From Raillietiella orientalis (lineage: Eukaryota), in NCBI GenBank assembly GCA_036172245.1, contig JAYWIR010000104.1, positions 124,001 to 182,768 on the forward strand: a stretch of DNA of 58,768 nt, written 5' to 3'. Under the pieces are notes generated by a model, which was not told where the DNA came from, searched no databases, and saw only the letters and a program-made list of their open reading frames with translations. Made by a program: the position numbers and the translations under genes. Shown here one piece after another: positions 47,208-58,768 of this stretch (position 1 is the stretch's first letter; each line of letters starts with the position of its first letter).

Positions 47208-50200
47208 ATGGATCTGCAGCAAAGTTTGCAGAAAGGTACTTGTTAATTTGTTAGGAGTAAAAATCACTTTTATAGCGTATAGTGTAAATATCATTGATAT
47301 TTCATACATAGGTTCATACGTACATGTAATAAAAGGATAACTGGAATTTAATGGAGTTTATTCAAAAACAATGGTTTTTGCAAATGCTAATCACATTTCA
47401 ACCTTATTGATAGTAGGAAAAGCAGTATTAACTCCTGAACAATTTAATTTATTTGAGTTGACTTTAAAAGCGGAGGTTGTAATCTCTCCTGAAGTCTTTA
47501 AGTAAGTAGATTTGGATTTCTTGAAACTCTAATTAAGTTTGCTAATACAGTTCTTAAGTATGTCAACAGTGTTTTCATAACGCTGCATAATATAAAGTAA
47601 AAATGCAAGGATTTACACTGGAGGGATATTCATTTTAATTTGACAATTGTTCTGGCCTATATATCTTGTAGATATTTCAATGTGTAGTATTTGTCACCGG
47701 AAATTTTGTTTCTGCTGTCAGAATCATTTGGCTTGTCAACAAAGTGCGTATATTCACATGATGAAATTTAAAATTAATTAAACGTAATACTATGTAATCA
47801 GAGATGTTGATGCGTGTTTGAAAAAAATCTGTGAAGATCAAAAAGATTGAAAAGATTAGTTCATCTGTAATCTCGTTTTAGTCAATCTTGATTTTAATCC
47901 ACCAAAACAGCATAACATTGTTTGATGACGGAAATATCCTTTCATTTAATATCATGGTCTTTCCACATTCTCATAATGTTAATGGTGATATTTCATATAT
48001 GAGAATGTTTTAATCTTTCATTACTGATTGCTTTCCTATGCAAAAGTTTCTGTTAATCCTGTAATTACAAAATAATTAAATTACTGCCTAAAGGCCAACT
48101 GCACTGTATGTGATTTTCAGGAGCACTTTTATCTGCATTTCCAGCAAAAAGCAGATTGTGGTGAATAGGTTGCATTGTAGTGTTTAACACTTAGCAAGCA
48201 TTCTTTTTTGAAGTTGCATCATTTTCATTGTTGTTCAATATTTTGCACTGATTTCAATTTTGTTTTTTATAAGTTGCTGGGCATTTTGTAATTGTTTGGT
48301 AAAATTGTTTTGGTTGAAGTTTATCATTTATTTGTTTTTATACATTTCATTGTCTTTTGCTTCTTTTGACATTAAATTCTTCTCAGTTAAATAATGATTT
48401 CTTTCATTATAGGATTCTTCGTTTGAATGAAATGAATTTTGCTACAGTGCATCAGTTTTTAGTTTTTTGGGTGCCAAATTCCAATGTTTTGTTACTTGAT
48501 TATACAATTTTTTTTTGGGTTGCTGACACAGTTCAATGAACATATTTGCAATTTATTCCTCTTGTGCATTAGAGCCTTTCTAATCCCATGATTAAGATTA
48601 GTGTGATAGTATTTGTGGGGTATTTTTTGTAGAGATTTTTCGTGTTAAAATCATTCTTCTTAGTTGTTCAAATGACTAAGGAAAGATCTGGAAGCTCAAG
48701 CTCTAGATGAGGATGTTTCACACTTATATTTTCACAGATAGTCATGGAAACAAAAACTGTAGTGTAGAGCATGCAGAGCATGGTGCATGATTATTTTCAT
48801 GATACTGTGTTCAGAGAACATCATTGTAAATTTGCTAGTTAGGAATAAGCGAAAATTGCGACTTTCTTATTACTCAAAAAATAATCAAGCAAAAATTGGA
48901 CAAGCAAAACAAACACTTCCGTTTTTTATCAACAAAACATATACTTATGAAGAATAATGAAGAAAGAAGAATAATTTTTGTGCTAAGTAACACTCACTTG
49001 ATCCAATCAATGCAAGCGAATTTTGTGAATCCCATTAATGTTGTGTCTTCATTTTTGATGTATTACACCTTGAAAATTTTAAGGAATTATTTCCACATTA
49101 AACATTACTTAAAGTAATATAGAATAATACTTTGCTTCTTAAATTTTTTTAAACATAAGTGTATTTGTTTGAATTATGTGGAAGGTCTAATCAAATTTTT
49201 CATCTCCACTGAAATGAATTCAGACTGGATTTTTCCATATTATTTTAGTTTGATGGAAGTTTTAGTTAAAAATTATTATGATTAAGAATTAGCTCAGTTT
49301 TTTAAATTCATTAGTTTTATACAGTGAAACAGAAACCATTGTTTACATGTGAATTGCTGTTGGGTGTTTAGCATGCATAGAAATTATAGAACTTTTAAAA
49401 GAAATATTTGGGTTCGCATTTGTTAAAACTCTTGAAGAAAACTCTTGTTTTAGTTATTTGAATTCATTGTTTGAGATTCACTAAGAATGAGCAATAACAA
49501 AAAATGAGCATAATTTGCCATGATCACATTTTTTTCTGTGCCAGTTTTTTTGTGTTTTCATAAGAACTGATTTTTACACCATAAAAATGCATATAGAAAG
49601 GTTGTAGTATTATGAAAATATAATTTTTAACCCACTTAACAGAAAACGCCTAGTTTTCACAAAATAGCAGTTCATTTTCTAAACATGTTCATATTTTTTT
49701 CCTGAAAAGTATACTTGGTATTATAGTATTCATATCTACTGTACTGCAGTAATTTGGAAGATTTACTAATTTGATTTTTGTTAGCAGTAATTATTCAAGA
49801 TTGAATATAGCTTGAAAGTCTTCATACCATCGTTTTCCTGAAGATTACAAGAAATAGTATAAATTTATACTATGTAAATTTATTTAAATAGTATAAATTT
49901 AAATTTAAATTGGGATTTGTGTTTATGAAGATTTCTTTTTAATCATGGAAATCGTCTTACTGTTGGCATATGTAACAAAATTCGGAATTCTTGATTTGAA
50001 GCTGAAGACAAAGGTAGCATAAAGCTTCATATTACGAATTCTTCCAGCTTTGTGTCAAAAGTAATAAACGGAGATCATGCTGATTCACAGCTGAAATATT
50101 TAAAACATAAAAGAGCATTGAAAAAATTGAAAAAAACTCCAATCAACTCATTTTTTGCCAGCTGTTGTGCATAGCTGAGAATGAGTCATGAGGTGATTCA

Positions 50201-51096
50201 TTGAAATTTACCAGAATTAAGATCGTTCTTATTTTGATTGTTTTTAATATATGTTATGGATTTAGAGATTCTTATATTCATCTGAATTTCATTAGCCAGA
50301 GTATTAGTGTGCTTTTGTGATCATATTTATTGTAAAGCAGTGTTTTCACATACTTTTCTCATATGATGACTAAAAAACAAAATTTTCGATTTAATTCTGT
50401 GACTTGTTGTGAAGATGCCTTTAATTTGAAGTTGTAGGATACGTTTTTGTTGTTGAATTCTGCATTCTCTTATTACAAGTTGTCACAGCATCATACAGTA
50501 ATGCTGTAACATTATTAATTGTTAACATCAGTATTGCACGATTCAACACCCAGCTTATGTATTCAAGAATTATAGTTGTGTACTACTTGTGCATGTGAAA
50601 TATGTATGCACATGCAAAGAAAAGTATTTTCAAGCTAATTATAGTAATAAATTCATTTTGATTGGTTACAACATGGGAAAATTTAAGCTTATAAATGCAA
50701 ATGACCTTGTAGATAATTTAGAATTTTTTCTTAAAATTATTTTTTTAATATTGGAGTAAACAAATATTAATTTTTAGTGCAATTTATTTATTTTCAAGAT
50801 TGAACTCTCTTTGTTATTTATTACCTTATTCTTAAAGTGTGCTCTTATGCAGAAGGTAATTATTTACAATTATTAATCAGAATTGATGCAGCTGCATTTG
50901 TATTATAAAAACATTATTAACTTTTATTGTAAATGTGTTTATTGGATCATCCTTTTTGAATGACCATCTTGAATAGTTTTTGTATTTTTTCAGAATTATT
51001 TTGGAACTGTTGTCACTTGATATACCCATGTTTTTAATTTTGCAATTGCTTGTTGAATTGGTTAGAAGTTATGAGGAGAAAGTTCAGAAGTCTTAG
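47208..51096 (+). CDS. MZT2: Mitotic-spindle organizing protein 2 (MOZART2)-like, ~71 aa; exons 47208-47235, 47417-47501, 50994-51096
   Basis: Missed by the ORF track. Spliced VLTPEQFNLFELTLKAEVVISPEVFK|IILELLSLDIPMFLILQLL matches MZT2 VLSTEEMELYELAQAAG..IDPDVFKILVDLLKLNVAPLAVFQML. Strong gtaagt donor (47502) and tttttcag acceptor (50993) are phase-compatible. The first exon is less certain; an in-frame ATG at 47371 is an alternative start. Confidence 0.8.
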
Positions 51097-51108
51097 TGTA
51101 GTGCCTTA

Positions 51109-52086
51109 ATGGATGGCCTTCCTAATAGTTCATGTACTGGTGGTTATTTTCCATCCCGTAATTTTTCTGCAGAACTTCTAGAACTGCCCTCCTTTTCTGG
51201 CAACATGGCTGCTACTCAGTTTCATCAGTCACCATCAACATTTTCCACAAGCCCTTCTCCCAATGCAACTCGATTGCCAAATTCTCTTGGTTTAAATACT
51301 GATTTTAATAATGATGTTAGCACATGGACTCATACACAACCAATTATTTTACCTGAAGCTTTCACAACTCCGGGATTTTGTTATGCAAATTGTAAAAATA
51401 TTATGATGCATGGATGTAAACGGAAAGATGTTGATACAGATCCTGAGTGAGTTTAGTCAACTTTTCAAATCTCTTCATCTTTTCAATTTGCTTAATTGTT
51501 AGTGAGCCCAAGTGTAAAATGAAAATAACAGATGACAGAATGGCTGCCCAGCTTAGCAAACTCAACCTAGCAACAAACAGTACAGATCTAAATTTGGGAT
51601 TGCCTATTTCTGCCTCTTATAAGGTGAATATTTCTTCCTGTTAGCCAAAAAGTGCAATTAAGTTTCATCTTGTGAATAAAACTATTTTCATTAGCCTACC
51701 TCTAAAGTTCCTCGCACATTGGAAGAAATCGAAGCTAGCATTGAGAGTGATGCTAGTGAAGACGATGCTGATGCTGATGAGGCAATGCTTGACGGAAATC
51801 AACGCCTGATTCTATCTCAAGAACTTCAGGAATATCATTCTAACACATCTTTATCAGATTCTTTGTTGCAAAGATTGTAAGTTTTTAGTTTTTGTGGTTG
51901 GCAGAGATGTAACTGTGTTGAAGGCAAGCTCCTAGATCCGATTTTGCTCTTGTTCTTTGGAAACCTCCTCCATCAATAGCTGAAACACAAGCATATGAAG
52001 AAGACATAGGTGATAATGAAGATGTGACTTTTAGTGAGGACAATAACAATAGTTTAGATGTTCAGGACTTCAATGTTCCCAATTAA
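51109..52086 (+). CDS. HPIP(HCFC1R1)/CCDC117-family-like protein; exons 51109-51446, 51503-51623, 51695-51876, 51924-52086
   Basis: Four exons splice in frame. Motifs CKRK, ITDDRMAAQLSKLNL (~SEENMATHFSQLSL) and ALVLWKPP (~LVLWxP). Confidence 0.7.
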
Positions 52087-52264
52087 TTTGTAATGCTCAG
52101 TATATTCTTTTGTATGAATATTGGTGTATTAGCTGAGTGGTATGTGTAATCTTAATGACACAGCATCCTTGATTACCACTCTTGATTAATCATCATTTAT
52201 CATTTTGCTATACTATTATAATTTTACTATATTTTTTTTATTGCTTTAGAAATTTATATAAGAT

Positions 52265-54546
52265 ATGGATTTTTTGGAATTTCCTGATATTCAGCAGGAA
52301 TCACGTGGTGCCATGGTAAGCTGCAGGAATTTTTTGAGAAAAAAATAATTTTTTTAGATGATGGGGAGATTAAAGTTAACAGATCAGGCTATTATTTTTA
52401 AGAATAATAGAACTGGAAAAGTGGAGCAGATTGCATCTACAGATTTGAGTGTTTTGAATTGGCAGAGACTAGCAGGAGGATGGGGACTACGGATTTTTAA
52501 AAAAGATGGAATGCTTTTTCGCTTTGGTGGATTCAAAGAATCCGTAAGCTCATTCATTCATAAGCCTCTCTAAATCCTTTTCAGGATTATGAGCGGTTAT
52601 CCAAATTTTTTCTGCAAAGTTATAAAAAGGAGCTCACAAACAAAGAGCTAAGTGTTAAAGGATGGAATTGGGGTACAGTCCATTTTATGGGCCAAGTTTT
52701 GTCTTTTGATGTATCAGGAAAAACTGCTTTTGAAGTTCCTCTATACAATGTATCTCAATGCATGACTGGCAAGAATGAAGTTACTTTGGAGTTTCATCAA
52801 AATGATGATGCGCCTATTAGTTTGATGGAAATGAGATTCCATATTCCCACTGGTTCTGATGATGTTGATTCTGTCGAAGCATTTTATGACCAAGTTATGA
52901 AGCAGGCTAGTGTCATCACTGCTACAGGTGATGCTATTGCTATTTTCCGAGAGTTGCAGTGCTTGACTCCTAGGTATTTTTCATGCAGTAGTAATCTTTA
53001 TAAATAATGCTTATCCGTAGAGGTCGATATGATATCAAAATATATCAGACTTTCATCCAACTTCATGGAAAAACTTTTGATTATAAAATTCCCATGTCTA
53101 CAGTACTTCGACTTTTTCTGCTTCCTCATAAAGATGGGCGTCAGATGTTCTTTGTAGTCAGTTTGGACCCTCCTATCAAACAGGGTCAAACACGCTATCA
53201 TTTTCTCATCCTATTGTTTAGTCAAGAGGAAGAGATGTCTGTGGAGCTTCCTCTTTCTGAGTGAGTAAACGTCAAGTATTATATAATGATAGTTTGGTGG
53301 AAGGGAAGTATTAAAGGAGAAATATGAAGGTCGCTTGGAAAAAGAGATCTCAGGACCCACATACGAGGTGTTAAGCAAAATAATGAAAGCAACTGTGAAT
53401 AGGAAGATCACAATTCCTGGAAACTTCAAAGGGTATTACCAACAATGCGTGTTTGCACAATTATTGTCTTTCAGGCATTCTGGAACACCAGCAGTCAGTT
53501 GTTCATATAAAGCTGCTGCAGGCTACTTATATCCTCTTGAAAGAGGCTTTATCTATGTTCATAAGCCTCCTATTTACATCCGTTTTGAGGAGATTGAATA
53601 CATTAATTTTGCACGAGGAGGCACAACCACTCGATCTTTTGATGTGGAAATCCAGTTAAGACAGGGTGTGGTCCATGCATTTAGCAGTATTGAAAAAGAA
53701 GAGTATAGTCGCTTATACGCTTTTGTAAGCAGTAAACACCTGAAAATTAAGAATCGCAGTCGTTTGGGTCAAGAATATGTAGATGACTTAGTTGATAGTG
53801 ATGCTGAAGATCATGATCCTTATCTTGATCGAGTAAAAGCAGAGGGAGAAGAGAAGAATTCTGAGGAATCCGATGATGAAAGTGAAGATGAAGAATTTAA
53901 ACCTCCAGCAGAAGAAGGAAGTGATGTAGCTGAAGAATATGATAGCAGTGCATCCTCATCCAGTTCTGGTGATGAAGTTGTTGAAGCAAAAAGGAAAAAA
54001 GAGGAAAAGAAACCAGTTGTTACAAAGACACAACAAAATATTGATAAACCTCGCAAATCACGAAAAAAGAAAGAGAAGGACGAGAATGCTCCCAAAAGAC
54101 CAGCTACTGCATATTTCCTGTGGTTTGGAGAAAATAGGAAAAAAATTGCTGCAGCTAATCCTGGTCTTTCAGTTATTGAAATAGGTAAAAAGGGTGGAGA
54201 ATTGTGGAGAGCCATGACACCAGAAGAAAAAAAACCATACGAAGATCGTGCTTTATCTGCTAAGAACGAATATCAGGAGAAAATGGCTCATTTTAAGGCA
54301 ACAGGAGGTGCAAAGGCTGTCACAAAACCAAAGACTCCGACAAAAAGTCCAGTTTCCTCCCAAAAAGTGCAAAATAACAGTGCTTATAAAAGCAAGGAAT
54401 ATATTTCTAGCACTGAGGATTCTGGCAGTGATTCACAAAAGGAAGAGACTGATAATGTTTGTGTTTCAAGTTCAGCCAAAAGAAAACATTCTGATTCTGA
54501 AGAACAATCAAATTCCAGTGAAGATTTTTCTAATCCTGATAATTGA
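52265..54546 (+). CDS. SSRP1: FACT complex subunit SSRP1; introns 52316-52357, 52544-52584, 52974-53020, 53261-53303, 53433-53474
   Basis: [57 protein letters not shown], acidic region and HMG box [12 protein letters not shown]. Confidence 0.98.
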
Positions 54547-56333
54547 AACTACATGTGCTTTGTATAAATGTAAAGTAAATATTTCATCATAATTTTGGAG
54601 TTGTGTGTCTTTTTATGTGATTTCATAGTATAATGTATCATAAATCTGCAATTCTGGAAATGTTGGATATTTTCTTGAGAAATCTTCAAATACTTAAATA
54701 ACATAATCTTATACCGGGAGAATCTTTTGATATGCTAAGAGATACATAATACCTTTACAAGTACAGTGTTGAGGGTTTAGATGACCTAAAAGATTCTGGC
54801 TCTTTTGTTTGTTTGCTTGTATTATGTTATTTAAATGATCGTGGTGACCCTGTTTTTGGCCTTTCATTTCCAGATGAATAATATTTTACAGTAAAAATTT
54901 GAAGGAAGCAAGTAATCAGTTTGGTCAGTTTATTTGAATGCGTCATTTGTGGGGGGTGTTTCAAATCTCCAGCCTCTTATGTGCTACAATTTGACAAAAA
55001 TCTCTACAGAAAGGAAATAGAGTTTTTTTTTTTTTTCAGATGAAAAGTGTAGTAACTAAGTCTTCTGTGTAGTGTTGGGATAATTGTGCACAGTCAATAG
55101 CTCAGGTTTTGATGATATTTAGAACTTTGAGAATATGTGCACTTCAAATTCATTGTTCTTGAGAATTTGGGAAGACATGAAGAAACAATTCTTCTCTACT
55201 GGTTTTGAATTCAGAAACCTGGCCTATTAAAATTATTATAGTTCACACCAAAAGGATTTTCTGTATAGTGCAAATCCTGCCAAAAAGAGTGGTCATTCAT
55301 TAACTGAAGTTACCCCTTGTCTTCTGAATGTTTTGGGGGTTTTGCTTCATTTTGGGCATTTCTTACCTTAGTGGTCATGTTTTTCTGAAGCTGCTCTTGC
55401 ATCTACTTCAAAATTTGCGTTAACATTTCTGCCATTTGTATAATCCTTCTGGCGACGGCACAACAAAGTTTTCTTAAATCATTTTTGTTAAAAGGTATGT
55501 TCAGCAATCTCCCAAAGCTTCCTAGGCAACTGCTGTGCCAGTTGGGTTTCAAGATTGTTTGATATGGTAGAAGTCATGCTGAAAACTTTCTTCAAAGCAA
55601 AATATGTCGAGAATCTCTTCATCTGCTGCGAGTCGATCAGAGTTACGTACGGTATCATATCTAAAGGCATTTGGGCCAGTTTACGTTTGAAATCAACCCC
55701 GGTAGGGGTATTTGGTAGGCACACTGACTAAATGCATTTTTCTTAGGTCGACTAGTGTGCGCAACTTTTGCGCTCAGGTCGTGCACATTACTGGTCTTTG
55801 TTGGTTTCACCAGTTGCAACCTCTTTTCCTAAGAATTTTTTTTTTTTTTTACCCATATGTTTTCATGGAATCACTGAATGTCCATTCCTACATTTATTTT
55901 TCCTGTTGTAGTAGGTTCTGTTTGCTAACTTGTTGGCCCTCAAGTTTCTAAACTTGGAATTTGCCCAGCTAAAGGCATCGCGGAGTTTTTTGTAACGAAA
56001 AGGTAACTAAATTATCCATTTAGCTCTTCTCGATTCTTTGCTTTACCTCTCTTTTATACTGGCAACATCTTTACATTTTTGAGTGAGCGTTGTTTTCTTG
56101 CGCCGTTCTCCATGGCAAATTTCTTTCCGATCACCATTGGATTTGGCGGTGTTTAGCTACTGAAATGTCTTTCTTTTAATGCTGTTTCTCCCTACAAAAA
56201 CTGATTGCATTGGTTACACTCTTGCTTTCGGAGTCTTATGATGTGTATTCTGCCTTCACCGAGATTTCTAAATTGAAGCCAATTTTGAAAAAGTTTCCAT
56301 TCGTATCCTTCAATGGGAGCTTGAGGCCAATGC

Positions 56334-56378
56334 CAGATTTGAAATTCCAACTTTTCAAATTGTGAAACTTTGAACATT
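56334..56378. repeat. Direct repeat copy A flanking the REL element
   Basis: cagatttgaaattccaacttttcaaattgtgaaactttgaacatt; 38/45 identical to 58261-58305 with no gaps. Confidence 0.85.
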
Positions 56379-56389
56379 TTGTTTGAAGA

Positions 56390-58260
56390 TACAGTTTATT
56401 AAGGAATTACAGGAGGCGCTCTTCCTATTCTTTCGAGTCTCCTCAACTGTCCATCTGGGGCACTCGTCGCCCCTTGGCCCGGTGGCATTCGCGGCATCTT
56501 GCTCTCCAGTGCGGACTTTCCGCGAGAGCAGTTCGCTGGACTTTTCCGGCTGCGAATTGCCTTCGGTTTCTTCTGGTATCTTTCCTGTGATGTGTGTCAC
56601 GTAGATGTCCCTAGAGTATCGGATACACGAAGCCATCATAATGTGCCTCATCTTCTCCCAATACTTCCCAGGGACTCCCAAGATCGTACAGCACCTCTTC
56701 ATTTTCTGGATCCCAGGTGCCTAGTGGACCGGCGATGAAAGCTTCCACTTTGCAGTGCTTCTCTTTCTTGGTTAGCTGGAAGGACACTTTGCATTTTTCC
56801 ATCTTGCTTTTCCTGGCTGCTCCGAACGTCTCCTTTCCATTCTCGAACGGGCAACAGACGGCCAGTACTATCATGCGCTTACTCTTCTGCAGGTCCGGTC
56901 GCAAAGGGGAGTCTACCCCTCGAGCCCCTGATTGATTGACACCAGAGTACACTTCGCTACATCCACCGAAACATTCTTAATCATTTCTAGGATCGCATCG
57001 TATCGCGCGGGGAACAGGCGATAGTGCCTCGTGCAGTGATTTATGATATGAGGCAACGTCTCGTCTTATACCTGGCAACGCTGACGTACTATCCACTTCT
57101 TTCCTCCTGAACGCTGCTCTGGTCGGAAGAAAATTCGATCTAGCCGCGTGGGTGAATTTATAATCCGGGAACCTCAGGTACTCTTTATTTGTAAGGAGGA
57201 AGCTTGACGCGCGGTGCAGACCCACGCAATGCATGGTCCTTCCACGACCAGGGTGCTTTTCTACGAGGGTTGCCAAGCGTGCTCTCACGCCGGAGTTGAA
57301 TTTTCTTGTGCTGCTTCTGGAGGTGACGCCGTCGATCGCTATGCTGAGGTGTCCAGCAATGAACTTCCAGCAGGTTTTTCTTCTCGAAGCCTTTCCTTTG
57401 TCCAAAGCTTCCGATGCCCCTGCTGCGTTTCGAAAATTTTCCAGAGGAAGTGCCCGTCATGAATTTCCCGAGATCTTCATCTGGTGGTCGAGAATTCTCA
57501 TTCAGGCCACCTCTTGAGGAGTCTCCTGGGCTCATTTCTGGACCGTATTGTCCGGAGAGGTGGTGAGTAGCTTAGGACGCCAGAGAAATGAGTGAGAGTT
57601 CCTTCTGCAAGATGACTCTGGTTGGCCTTAATCGGGTGCGACGTTAATGGCGGATAAAACTGGATGCTCCTGACGAGTGGCCGGGATCGGGAGTCGACCC
57701 TCCGGGGTCCTTCCAGGAAACAGAAGCAAGGAGTCTAGTTCGCTTTGGTTGTGCAAAGGAGCCGTCCTCCCCCCCTCCTCTCGGGGGGATCCTCCTTCTC
57801 GTACGATGGAGCTAGTAGATTGATGCTGCATCTCCAGAGTGTAAAGAAGCACGCTGTTCCCTTTGGGGAGCGGCCTTCACAGAAAATTCAGAAGGTCCCT
57901 TCGGAGTTCTCTTCAGAGGAGCAACAAGGAGCGGTTCGCTTCCAGATAAATTCCTAATAGCGGAAGGAATTCCGAATAGCGCATCCCCTCCGGGTTCCCT
58001 TCGGAGAAGAAACAATGGAACGACCCATTCCGGGGGTCCCTCCGGAGAGAATAAGGAAGAGGTGGTCCCTTCGGGATTCCCTTTGGATACAACCAGGGCG
58101 GAGGTTCCCCTTTAGGAATCCCTCCCAGGCGTGAGAGGAACGGACTTCTCCGGAACTCTTCCTGGATTCATGTGGTAGTCCCTTCCCGGTGTAACTCCTA
58201 TCCTGAAGAATTACACGCACCCCCGGGTGGCGTGAAATGGTGTGAAAGAGCTGCATGGGG
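56390..58260 (-). mobile_element. 5'-truncated, decayed NeSL/Utopia-like REL element
   Basis: DYKFTHAARSNFLP, ETLPHIINHC..ARYDAI (CCHC), LRPDL..VCCPFENG..AARKSKMEK..FIAGPLGTWDPENE (REL), LGVPGKY..SRDIYVTHITG. AATAAA at 56395-56400. No YADD core recognised. Confidence 0.88.
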
Positions 58261-58305
58261 CAGATTGGAAATTCCAGCGTTTCAAATTGCGAAACCTCCA
58301 ACATT
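58261..58305. repeat. Direct repeat copy B flanking the REL element
   Basis: cagattggaaattccagcgtttcaaattgcgaaacctccaacatt; 38/45 identical to 56334-56378. Confidence 0.85.
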
Positions 58306-58768
58306 CTGACATTTCGATTATCCCTTTTTTTTAGTTACCGTGCTTGCGTGCTCTATAGCTTCGGATCCGCTAGCATCCAGGTGTGTCTGATGATGTCTCA
58401 GCCCGATGGCCCCAATCTCATAATGCCTTTGTCAACAGCTCAACAGCTGTGGTGTCCATGTATCAAACGAGGATATGACAGCAGAGCTACTGATTGATCC
58501 AATATAAATCGGCCATCTGATTTCTCTCTCTCACCGATGCGATGCACGTAATAACTCGGCATTTCTTTTAGTAATACACAATCATTTTGAGGTTTGCTAT
58601 ACTTTAACCGGCGTTGGTAAACCACTGTATCTCTCTATGCTCTTCGACGGGATTACTTCTAGTTGTTTTATTTATCTGGTTGTTTCCAGTCGAACATCCA
58701 GGTTTCGGAAGACACGTATGTTAAGCGTGCATTTTCTGGAACACACTAAAACTACCAGAGTGAAGCTT

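Noticed and set aside
53820..54592. Alternative-frame and antisense ORFs inside SSRP1
   Set aside because: Shadow ORFs of the low-complexity acidic and lysine-rich exon.

Overview
Eukaryotic nuclear DNA, very probably from an arthropod: SSRP1 and GLOD4 look arthropod-like, a mitochondrial insert has the arthropod trnT-trnP-nad6 order, and introns are mostly 41-47 nt. The window has two halves. (1) About 1-35 kb is a GC-richer graveyard of decayed non-LTR retrotransposons (Tx1/L1-like, NeSL/Utopia-like, RTE- and Jockey-like). It also holds a homogeneous 644-bp tandem array (~9.2 copies) apparently amplified from a dead reverse transcriptase (RT) coding segment, an eIF3f pseudogene split into two oppositely oriented halves, a small mitochondrial insertion (NUMT) with T-armless tRNAs nested inside a LINE, and an intronless ankyrin-PRANC-like pseudogene. 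(2) About 37-55 kb is an AT-rich, very compact housekeeping cluster. GLOD4 and HPS4-like converge with overlapping coding ends. MZT2, an HPIP/CCDC117-like gene and SSRP1 lie on one strand separated by only 12 and 178 nt, which suggests a polycistronic or operon-like unit. A 5'-truncated NeSL/Utopia-like element bracketed by a ~45-bp direct repeat closes the window. All homology calls come from manual translation and recalled family motifs; no database search was run.
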